Positions 47,301 through 53,773 of a DNA stretch of 64,000 bases are shown piece by piece. The DNA comes from a virus. The notes under the pieces were generated by a model. It worked only from the letters and a program-made list of their open reading frames with translations, ran no database searches and had not been told where the DNA came from. The position numbers were made by a program, and so were the translations under genes. Positions within the stretch are counted from its first letter, which is position 1. Each line of letters starts with the position of its first letter. The stretch lies in IMG/VR virus record IMGVR_UViG_3300045988_176028. The stretch is one strand, 5' to 3'.

Positions 47301-47687
47301 CTGTTCCGAACCCCGTTACATCCCGCCGACGTGTCCATCCGGTATGCGGACGGCAAGGTCAGGGACGCCATCCGACAGGGACACGCAACCTGCATCGCAC
47401 GACTCACCGTCAACGATGAAATCAAGTTGACACCTGAGATGATGAGGGACATGTGTCCTGAATATGCGAACATGTTCCACACAGATTCCGGCGTCGAACG
47501 ACGATTCATCGTGGCCGGCTTCCCCTCCCCTATCCAGTTCAGACTAGTTCCCTCCGTCATTGCAGAAGAAGGATTAAGTAAGATGGTTGAACAAGGTTTG
47601 GAGGTTCCCCCCAAGGTCGAGAAGATGTTCAAACTGCACACCTTCGTTCCAGTGGTCAATAAGATTGGACATGTTTTAGAGCAGTAA
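44361..47687 (+). CDS. cas9: Cas9, compact type II-C-like (1108 aa)
   Basis: RuvC-I VGADVGLNSLGF, Arg-rich bridge RRTRNMRKRRRHRL, HNH ELDHIVPRRG...CPECNANKSN, RuvC-III RRHHAVDASVIAM. TTG start. Confidence 0.92.
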   Translation: MTAKTNIRYRVGADVGLNSLGFSAIQLDANGNPITLLKTLSYIHDGGVDPTQNKSGTTRKAMAGIARRTRNMRKRRRHRLNQLDRQLYQLGYPVDEVPESEHGLYEYWNVRSALATAYVPDKDKRDRMMVMAIRHIARHRGWRNSYSRVETLFEDVEPSDQYKDLKQRVETRLGMKLDEDMTPAQLVALTLSDRDENFMRVRTSTKYGEGVLPSRLMQSDNARELRRIFTVQQVPEDVWKPILRTVFHCASPKGSAEKHVGTDPLDQTQKRALKASIAFQKYRILNVITNLRIRRKGEASRPLTVNEKQDVYELLTTAKEDLEWLDVCAVLDIERNELKGVGTLTHDGEERIGNKPPVLDTVIRLHGIKNTKLRKMMDAWWNTATETEQAAMIRLLSNTVDLDKVRDLIEYASPIEFIDGLDEDLLTPLDSISLPVGRAAYSEKTLTRLSKRMLETEDDLHYAIRHEFNVPADWKLPVPPVQEPTGNPAVDRVLKAFNRFLSQCEQQYGIPESIAIETTKESFSSIAFGRTLDYERRQRRDKDNQTRAAIREDMRKQLSNGGSFKVHDYDIRRWEIVQSQNNTCLYCGATSPRFSFDKSELDHIVPRRGVGSDSKRTNMAAVCPECNANKSNIPFAVWVHSDYAKAHGITMNDVIARVNQLMFPPSMNRKQVSQVKKAIISRLKQTEQDEPLDNRSIESVGWMADELHRRLDGRYANKTVKVSTFPGSITYEARRASGIDGQIHFIGAQWKTRLDRRHHAVDASVIAMMNQSVALRLAERHYLRESQRLCGTPFGQADWKQYPNENTPGYDQYQQWSGQMKNLLHLLNKGLDEDTIPVVRSRRLRLGNSTAHDATVKPLQYVRLGDAMPTSLIDHALTPQVWKALTGLSDYDPQNGLPANPKRVITALGEVCHAKDEIGFLPGNNAQLFVNGGAADIGGTIHHARIYRCEQVLKNGKRKTFYGMVRVFQCDLMKRRKNTDLFRTPLHPADVSIRYADGKVRDAIRQGHATCIARLTVNDEIKLTPEMMRDMCPEYANMFHTDSGVERRFIVAGFPSPIQFRLVPSVIAEEGLSKMVEQGLEVPPKVEKMFKLHTFVPVVNKIGHVLEQ

Positions 47688-47708
47688 CCACCGCTTCTAA
47701 TCGTTTCT

Positions 47709-47766
47709 AAAAAGGAAAGGGTCTACCAAAAACCATCTAAGGTTATCAGTAGACCCTTTCCTTTTT
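47709..47766 (+). terminator. 18-bp perfect inverted repeat (bidirectional terminator/attenuator) between cas9 and cas1
   Basis: AAAAAGGAAAGGGTCTAC-N22-GTAGACCCTTTCCTTTTT, immediately followed by AGGAGG and the cas1 ATG. Confidence 0.7.
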
Positions 47767-47777
47767 AGGAGGTTGAT

Positions 47778-48668
47778 ATGGCAAAAGGGTGGCGAGTCAT
47801 CGACTGCACCGCAATGACCGGCAGACTGACCTACAAGCGCGGACAACTCGTCGTGGAACACCACGATACGGAGACGCGGATACCGTTGGCCGATACGGCG
47901 GTGCTGCTGCTCGGTATACAAACAACCGTCTCCACAGCACTATTGCAGCAATTGGCGGTCTTCGACGTGGAAGTGCTCATCTGCCAATGGAATCAGACAC
48001 CAATCGCGGCAATGCAATCATGGAACAAACCCAACACCCGTTCCGCCGCCCGTCAGAACGCACAACAGGAAATGAGCCTACCGGCAAGAAAAGCCGCATG
48101 GCAGAAAATCATACGAGCGAAAATACTAGGACAATCCCACGTACTCGACAAACTCAACTTGGACGGAGGGGAACTCTTAAGAAGTCTAGCCGTCCAAGTC
48201 CACTCCGGCGACCCGAACAACATCGAAGGACAGGCGGCACGCGAATACTGGCATCACATGTTCTCTGAAGAACAATTCCGCCGATTCCCCGGATATGGCG
48301 AAGGGCACAACGCTCAACTCGATTACGCGTACACGGTACTGCGTGGATTCCTGATTAAGTCCATCTGCACAGCGGGACTCTCCCCCACCATCGGCATACA
48401 TCACCATTCAGCCAGCAACTATTTCTGTCTGGCAGACGATTTGATAGAACCGTTCCGACCGGCCATCGACTACCAGATAAGCCAACTACCGGACGGACCG
48501 TTGGACTCGGAAATGAAACAGCAGATAGTGCTGTCCGTCAACAGCCAATTCAACCCAAAAGAACTAACCATCCCATCACTGGTGGACGAATTTTGTGGAC
48601 AATACGCGCAATACTGCGAAGGCTGGCTGGACAAACTACCCGTCCCCGTCTTCGGAAAAAGGCGCTAA
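47778..48668 (+). CDS. cas1: Cas1 integrase (type II)
   Basis: 296 aa in the position after cas9. The N-terminal beta-domain and C-terminal helical domain pattern is typical of Cas1. AGGAGG RBS. Confidence 0.88.
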   Translation: MAKGWRVIDCTAMTGRLTYKRGQLVVEHHDTETRIPLADTAVLLLGIQTTVSTALLQQLAVFDVEVLICQWNQTPIAAMQSWNKPNTRSAARQNAQQEMSLPARKAAWQKIIRAKILGQSHVLDKLNLDGGELLRSLAVQVHSGDPNNIEGQAAREYWHHMFSEEQFRRFPGYGEGHNAQLDYAYTVLRGFLIKSICTAGLSPTIGIHHHSASNYFCLADDLIEPFRPAIDYQISQLPDGPLDSEMKQQIVLSVNSQFNPKELTIPSLVDEFCGQYAQYCEGWLDKLPVPVFGKRR

Positions 48669-48670
48669 AA

Positions 48671-49012
48671 ATGAAGAGAGATAAGGATAACGGCATGTGG
48701 ACGCTGGTCATGTACGACCTACCCATTACAACGAGAGAGGATGCGGGAGCCGCGAACAGATTCAACCATCTACTCTCTGATTTAGGTTTCGTTCGAGTGC
48801 AATATTCCGTCTATGCAAGATATACCCCCACCCAATCAGGCGGTCGTTCTGCGTTAAAGTATATTCAAGCCGGACTACCTCCCCACGGCAACGTGCGAGT
48901 ACTCTGCGTAACGGACAATCAATGGTCTGATTCACTGAAGTACATCGATAAAAAACAGCAGACCACAGACGAACAGCCGGGGTTACTGACGCTTTTTGAC
49001 GACGAAGAATAG
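48671..49012 (+). CDS. cas2: Cas2
   Basis: ATG 48671 lies 3 nt after the cas1 stop. MWTLVMYDLPITT...VQYSVYAR is the ferredoxin-like Cas2 core. Confidence 0.85.
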   Translation: MKRDKDNGMWTLVMYDLPITTREDAGAANRFNHLLSDLGFVRVQYSVYARYTPTQSGGRSALKYIQAGLPPHGNVRVLCVTDNQWSDSLKYIDKKQQTTDEQPGLLTLFDDEE

Positions 49013-49051
49013 TTTAAAAACGTTGATATGAAGCCTTTTGCCCAAACTCGT

Positions 49052-49716
49052 AGTTTGAGCAAAAGGTAATACGACATATATTCAAACCTGTTCGCCATAT
49101 GCTATCGTAAGAGTGAGTTTGAGCAAAAGGTAATACGACATATATTCAAACTGATGTCGCACGCGGATTAACGCTCTGGAGTTTGAGCAAAAGGTAATAC
49201 GACATATATTCAAACCACAAGCACACTGAATGTACGTCGTTGAAGTTTGAGCAAAAGGTAATACGACATATATTCAAACTTCAAAAATGGCTATTTTCCA
49301 ACGTTTTAGTTTGAGCAAAAGGTAATACGACATATATTCAAACTGTCCAGTGATTTCCCTCTCCTCACCGGAGTTTGAGCAAAAGGTAATACGACATATA
49401 TTCAAACTAAAAATGAAAGGATTGAAGAAAACATAAGTTTGATTAAAAGGCAATACAACATATATTCAAACCAAAACGGGAACAGGCATTGAACGGTGGG
49501 AGTTTGGGCAAAAGGTAATACGACATACATTCAAACTGCGAGTTTCCCTTCAGTGTGATTAAAAGGCAATACGACATATATTCAAACTGAAGCATTCAGT
49601 GCTTACGCGTCCGAAAAGTTTGAGCAAAAGGCAATACGACATATATTCAAATCAGGCTGCATATTTTCGTCAAAATCGACAAGTATAAATAAGGAAAATA
49701 CGACATATATTCAAAC
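49052..49716. CRISPR. CRISPR array: 10 full 36-bp repeats plus 1 degenerate terminal repeat, 10 spacers
   Basis: The + strand repeat is AGTTTGAGCAAAAGGTAATACGACATATATTCAAAC, starting at 49052, 49116, 49180, 49244, 49308, 49372, 49436, 49501, 49552, 49617 and ~49680. Spacers are 28-29 bp except one of 15 bp (49537..49551). Repeats 1-6 are identical and 7-11 are progressively mutated. The anti-repeat suggests minus-strand crRNA. Confidence 0.95.
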
Positions 49717-49797
49717 AAAAATTCAAACAAAATACCTAACAAAGAATAAGCCGGTGTTTCGCCACTCCCACCGGCGAGGAGCTGTTCACACAAAGAC

Positions 49798-49847
49798 GCG
49801 GAGTAGGAGAAGGGTGGAGAGAAAAACACCCGTAGACTCCGCTTTTT
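49798..49847 (+). terminator. rho-independent terminator separating the array from the tRNA block
   Basis: GCGGAGT...(inner GGGTG/CACCC)...ACTCCGC followed by TTTTTGTTT. Confidence 0.6.
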
Positions 49848-50053
49848 GTTTGGCGTTTGACATGGCTTGGTTGTTTCCCATCAGTGAGTTCATGTCGTGA
49901 ACACTGGCATGTATGCGTGAGTCAAGAGGGTGCAAGGCATACGGCTTGCTGACAGTCCTTCATGGATTTCAGGATTGTCGTCCATCGCGCATGTGAGAGT
50001 CATGCCATGGATTGTCCCACGAGCTTTAGGGGTATAAAAAGTGTGGGACTTTG

Positions 50054-50125
50054 TGCGGGAGACGAGATTCGAACTCGCGATACTTGCTTGGAGGGCAAGG
50101 GTGATGACCTTTTCACTACTCCCGC
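50054..50125 (-). tRNA. tRNA-Gly(UCC)-like, atypical C33
   Basis: Hand-folded cloverleaf, 72 nt. Acceptor GCGGGAG/CTCCCGC, T-loop TTCGAAT, anticodon loop CCTCCAA. No encoded CCA. Confidence 0.7.
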
Positions 50126-50244
50126 AATAGGAGGGGATGGATTGTGTTTGCGGGCTGGAAAGCACTACATGCAGAGAAAAAATGTTTACGACCATTCCAA
50201 ACTATTATGGGATGGAAGACTCGCAATCAGAAACCCATTCCCAG

Positions 50245-50332
50245 CGGAGTCGGAGGGATTCGAACCCTCGAACCGTATGAAACGGTTAACACCTTAGCAG
50301 GGTGCCCCTATCGGCCACTCAGGCACGACTCC
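50245..50332 (-). tRNA. tRNA-Ser(GCU)
   Basis: 88 nt with a long variable arm AACCG-TTTCATA-CGGTT. Anticodon loop CTGCTAA, T-arm GAGGG-TTCGAAT-CCCTC. Confidence 0.8.
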
Positions 50333-50371
50333 GAAGTTTCGACACGCCAAAAACAGCCGGTCGAAACTTAG

Positions 50372-50442
50372 CTCCCCATGATGGACTCGAACCACCTCTA
50401 AAGGTTCCAAAGACCCGTGTGCTGCCATTACACTAATGGGGA
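50372..50442 (-). tRNA. tRNA-Gln(UUG)
   Basis: 71 nt. U1-A72 and G73, anticodon loop CTTTGGA, T-loop TTCGAGT. One mismatch at the 27-43 pair. Confidence 0.65.
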
Positions 50443-50474
50443 ATGTGCAGACCGTTTTGACGGCCCGCGAATAA

Positions 50475-51320
50475 TTATTTGGATTTTGAAATCAGCTTGT
50501 CAATGTCCGCGCCCAACTGCCTTAACTGGGCGAAAGAGTTGGCGACGTTGTTTTGCGCCGTTTCCTCTCTCTGCTGAGCGGCTTCCATCAGCTTCTTGCT
50601 GTTCGCATCCAATTCGGCGGCATGCTGTTCAGCCTTCTTGGTTCGGAGGTCGATTTCCTGTGACGCCTTGTCCAAACGGTTGACTGCGTCAGCTTCCGCC
50701 TTGCTGATAATCTGTTCGGCTTGTTTCTTGGCCGCGTCCAACTGGATGGCAACCTTATCGTCGGTTTCCTTTTTCAGTTTGGCGCATTCCTGTTCAAGCT
50801 TCTGCTTCTTATCCTGTGCGGCGGTCATCATCTGTCTGGTGGTTTCCGTCGCGGAGTCGAGCCGCTTCTGGGATTCATCCTTGGCCTGTTGGAGAATCTG
50901 TTCGGCTTGCGTGCGGGCCTGTTCCAGCTCCTCACGTTTCTTCGACTCGTAAGTGTTTTTCAACGTTTGGAATTCTTTGCCGAGGCTGGTGCCTAATTCC
51001 TGCATCGGGTTTTCCGACGCTTGACGGGCGTCCTGCAAGTCGGCGTTCAACCGTTCAATCTGCTGGCGGAGGGATTCAGCTTCCTGCTCCCGTTTGCCGA
51101 GTTCGGATTGACGCTTGTCCAAGACCATGTTTTTTTCCGTTAACTGGCGTTGCAGATTCCAAATCTGTGTTTCCAACCCGTTCACGTACTGTTCAACGGA
51201 ATCCTTGCGATAACCGTTGAATCCGGTGGGGAGGTTGAGTGGTTGTACCTGTGGCTGGGTCATTCCTTCCACGGTGAGAGCGTGGGAGGAGATGACCCGT
51301 GTTTCATCAGACATGGTCAT
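50475..51320 (-). CDS. DivIVA-domain coiled-coil protein (281 aa)
   Basis: GAAGGA RBS precedes ATG 51320 (the track ORF extends spuriously over tRNAs). FNGYRKDSVEQYVNGLETQIWNL resembles the DivIVA N-terminal motif. The rest is K/E/Q-rich coiled coil. Confidence 0.65.
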   Translation of the reverse strand: MTMSDETRVISSHALTVEGMTQPQVQPLNLPTGFNGYRKDSVEQYVNGLETQIWNLQRQLTEKNMVLDKRQSELGKREQEAESLRQQIERLNADLQDARQASENPMQELGTSLGKEFQTLKNTYESKKREELEQARTQAEQILQQAKDESQKRLDSATETTRQMMTAAQDKKQKLEQECAKLKKETDDKVAIQLDAAKKQAEQIISKAEADAVNRLDKASQEIDLRTKKAEQHAAELDANSKKLMEAAQQREETAQNNVANSFAQLRQLGADIDKLISKSK

Positions 51321-51355
51321 TTTGAGTTCCTTCTTTTCTGGTTGAAAAACACGAG

Positions 51356-51428
51356 AGCCTAGAGCGGGGGTCGAACCCGCGACCTTCTGTTCCGGAGACA
51401 GACGCTCTATCCACTGAGCTATCAAGGC
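51356..51428 (-). tRNA. tRNA-Arg(CCG)
   Basis: 73 nt. D-arm GCTC-AGTGGATA-GAGC, anticodon loop CTCCGGA, T-arm GCGGG-TTCGACC-CCCGC. One U-U mismatch in the acceptor stem. Confidence 0.75.
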
Positions 51429-51485
51429 GATGGGGCGAAACCTATGGGGAATCGCCACTGTAAAGGAAGAACCATTCATGGTTCG

Positions 51486-51568
51486 TGCTTCGGGAGGGAA
51501 TCGAACCCTCACGTCAATATGACAAAGCTTTTTGAGAGCTTCGCGTTTACCTGTTTCGCCACCGAAGC
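51486..51568 (-). tRNA. tRNA-Leu(CAA)
   Basis: 83 nt with a long variable arm. Anticodon loop CTCAAAA, T-arm GAGGG-TTCGATT-CCCTC. Confidence 0.8.
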
Positions 51569-51686
51569 GGGATGAGCCTCCGCAGAGGCTCAGCAGACCG
51601 TTCCCGCGACTGGGCGGGTCGGCTGAAAACTGGAACCGCCATGAGACGGCTCCGAAGCCTTCTCGAACAACCTGTAAGAGAAGTAG

Positions 51687-51757
51687 TATGTCACGCTGGA
51701 ATCGAACCAACATCTACGGTTTTGGAGACCGTGGCTCTACCGTTGAGCTAGTGACAT
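51687..51757 (-). tRNA. tRNA-Trp(CCA)
   Basis: 71 nt. A1-U72, anticodon loop CTCCAAA, T-loop TTCGATT. Confidence 0.75.
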
Positions 51758-52022
51758 ATGGGGTGGGCTACCAACGTAGACGCCACCCTCTCGTTGTCCT
51801 GTAGTTAGCGTCCAAGTCCAACTCGATAGACGCGGCATGGCGGGTTGGATTTTACCGCCAACGGCAAGGTCGTGGGCTGCTAAGTACCCCGTTTCACCGT
51901 TCTTCCCCTTCGGTCATCAACCACCTGATTAAGGCAGGGAAACTCTTATCCTCCACAAGACCATGTAGGATTATTCGAGCAATGCCATCAGTTTCACGGA
52001 CAGCTACCTCCATGAAACCTAG

Positions 52023-52096
52023 CACCCAAGGTTGGAGTCGAACCAACGACGTCCGGTTTAGGAAACCGGCGCTCTATTCCGCTGAGCTACAAGGGT
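52023..52096 (-). tRNA. tRNA-Arg(CCU)-like with two U-U mismatches in the acceptor stem
   Basis: 74 nt. TAGCTCAGCGGAATAGAGC D-arm, anticodon loop TTCCTAA, T-arm GTTGG-TTCGACT-CCAAC. Acceptor ACCCTTG/CTTGGGT. Confidence 0.6.
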
Positions 52097-52316
52097 GTAT
52101 GTCTCCGTTCCGCGAGGACACCCGCAACGCGTCTTCCGGATTGGAGTCATTCACATCAGCCGTTCGCTACTTACCATTGTTGCGGGGCAATGGCTTTCTC
52201 TAATGGGATGATGGTGTTTTACGCGCATTCCACGCGGACGCTTTTAATTGCCCATCCAATACGACGAGCCACAGGATTACACTCCCGATTTCCCGCAGTT
52301 ACGCCAACTGCGGTCG

Positions 52317-52389
52317 TGCCCCCCGTGGGATTCGAACCCACAACCCACGACTTAAAAGGACGCTGCTCTAACCATTGAGCTAGAGGGGC
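52317..52389 (-). tRNA. tRNA-Lys(UUU)
   Basis: 73 nt. Anticodon loop CTTTTAA, T-arm GTGGG-TTCGAAT-CCCAC, acceptor GCCCCTC/GGGGGGC. Confidence 0.75.
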
Positions 52390-52459
52390 GGAACAGGAGG
52401 TGAAGGAACGAAAACCCACCTCCCGCTTGGATTAGTTAAAGGAGAACCATCAAGGTTCG

Positions 52460-52543
52460 TGCTCCGAGAGAGATTTGAACTCTCACACCTTTTCAGGTAA
52501 AGCATTTTGGGTGCTTCGCGTCTACCGATTTCGCCATCAGAGC
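52460..52543 (-). tRNA. tRNA-Leu(CAA)-like, atypical C33
   Basis: 84 nt with a long variable arm. Anticodon loop CCCAAAA, T-loop TTCAAAT. It has the same 3' flank, CGAACC, as the other Leu tRNA. Confidence 0.65.
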
Positions 52544-52808
52544 GTCGCGCGATTGAGGGACGTGCGTTTTCGTTCTTACAGAACGACCCATTGATTTTCG
52601 TACCACCCTCCCCGCTTACAAATCAACAAAAGTCAGAGATTGGAGGAAACTGATTTTTTGTTTACAAAGTTTTTCCTTCAAGTTTGGAGAGTCTGTTTTG
52701 CAGGAGTCGCTTAGCACGCACATCAGTTTCCTCTATTTAGAGTTTGGATAAAAGCCCGTAAGGCAATTATCCAAACATTGTTTTGAATACGGTATGCATT
52801 CAAAATCG

Positions 52809-53177
52809 TGGAGCCGGAGGGAATCGAACCCTCGTCCTTGAAAACGTTGATGATGTTTTCTACATGTTTAGCCATCTCATTTATATATGTTGAAAGTTCC
52901 AGTCGAAGAGGCACCCCGGAACAGTTTTGCAACTCAGTCATGAAACGATGAACAGTTGCCGTTCACCGAGTTTTTGCTGTCCTTTCTTTTTCAGAATCGC
53001 CTTACAGCAAATCAGTGACCCTGTTCTTCCTTCACCGTGTTTCAGGCGGCGAGCTGGAAGTTACGCGAAGAATTCGTCTTGGCGTTTATTGTTTGACATG
53101 GATTGATGACGGTTGTCCACGTCAGCCTCCGACATGCTTGCATTATCTTGATTTTCAAGTCGAAACCTGTCGGCCCC
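52809..53177 (-). ncRNA. ssrA: tmRNA (SsrA), tag AKTNSSRNFQLAA
   Basis: 5' end GGGGCCGACAGGTTTCGAC. 3' end GAGGG-TTCGATT-CCCTC-CGGCTCC-A. The acceptor stem has a G3-U70 pair. Internal frame GCC AAG ACG AAT TCT TCG CGT AAC TTC CAG CTC GCC GCC TGA lies at 53083..53042. Confidence 0.85.
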
Positions 53178-53228
53178 AAAATGCCGTCTTCCTTCCGGTT
53201 TTCCGTCCGAGCTTCCCATAGGTGTGGT

Positions 53229-53318
53229 TCAGAACCAATAGAATGGTTGGCTGGGATTTCCAGCCGGAAGGTTGACAGCGGTTTTGCCTGTCATGGTTTT
53301 GTCTTCAAGCGTTTTCAT
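53229..53318 (-). CDS. possible 29-aa micro-ORF upstream of the tmRNA
   Basis: AGGAGAAGC RBS and ATG 53318 give MKTLEDKTMTGKTAVNLPAGNPSQPFYWF. No other support. Confidence 0.25.
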   Translation of the reverse strand: MKTLEDKTMTGKTAVNLPAGNPSQPFYWF

Positions 53319-53624
53319 GCTTCTCCTAGAACTTCCAATTGAACTGGTTTTCTGGTTTTGGATAGGCGTGATAGTTCCTGAAGATTCGACCATGATGGGC
53401 AAGTCTTCATATCGAACATGATTTGATGGGCTTTAAGTCCTATCGAACCATGTTTCCTTATCTCTATTCATTTTTCAAACGGGCGGCAACATTCAGGGAG
53501 TGTTCCTTACTGGGTAAGGTCTTTACCCCGGTTGCCTTGGTGACTGTTCCAGTAGCGGGCTGGATATGAGAAGCGGTCTTCTCACAGTCTGTTCGCGCGT
53601 GATGTTTTTATTGAACCTCGTTTG

Positions 53625-53646
53625 TGTGAACACTGCCAGTATAGCA
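53625..53646 (-). promoter_or_regulatory. conserved promoter/leader motif copy facing the tmRNA/tRNA block
   Basis: Minus strand reads TGCTATACT-GGCAGT-GTTCACA. A degenerate second copy lies at 53541..53557. Confidence 0.6.
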
Positions 53647-53773
53647 GTTCTAGGAAACGTGTCAAATCAGAAACGAAAAACAAGGTTTTCCAAGGCGTGT
53701 CGCCCTCAAAAACCTTCCACACCAGCCTTGGAAACTTGGACAACAACGTCGCTCACAGGCTACACTCCCCTAC

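Noticed and set aside
47697-47921. 74 aa minus-strand ORF spanning the cas9-cas1 gap
   Set aside because: It is composed of the terminator hairpin plus the antisense of the cas1 5' end.
49066-49080. TAATACGAC inside every repeat, identical to the first 9 nt of the T7 promoter
   Set aside because: The match ends after 9 nt, no phage-type RNA polymerase was seen in the window, and the match is probably coincidence. The TATATT in the repeat was also considered as an internal -10, but it lacks a TG extension, and the anti-repeat favours the other strand.
49680-49728. Degenerate terminal repeat considered as the tracrRNA anti-repeat, with a plus-strand crRNA model
   Set aside because: Its similarity is to the 3' half of the plus-strand repeat. 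The half that would need to pair next to the spacer is degenerate, and no nexus or hairpins follow. The candidate at 44244..44331 has a promoter, a 17-bp duplex, a nexus-like hairpin and a terminator. Orientation remains unproven.
49784-49790. GTTCACACA box downstream of the array
   Set aside because: No -10 element lies at the fixed 6-nt distance (that sequence is CGGCGA). It is not counted as a promoter copy and may be a relic.
50475-51713. 412 aa version of the DivIVA-like ORF
   Set aside because: The N-terminal 130 aa would be translated through three tRNA genes. An internal ATG at 51320 has a good RBS and begins the DivIVA-like domain.
52219-52941. ORFs 52219..52419 (-) and 52723..52941 (-)
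   Set aside because: They overlap the tRNA-Lys gene and the 3' half of the tmRNA respectively, so they are RNA genes read as protein.
53361-53400. Plus-strand GGCGTGATAGTTCCTGAAGATTCGACC, which resembles a tmRNA 5' end
   Set aside because: No matching T-arm or acceptor 3' half exists downstream on the plus strand. A complete tmRNA with a G3-U70 pair and a tag ORF is present on the minus strand at 52809..53177.
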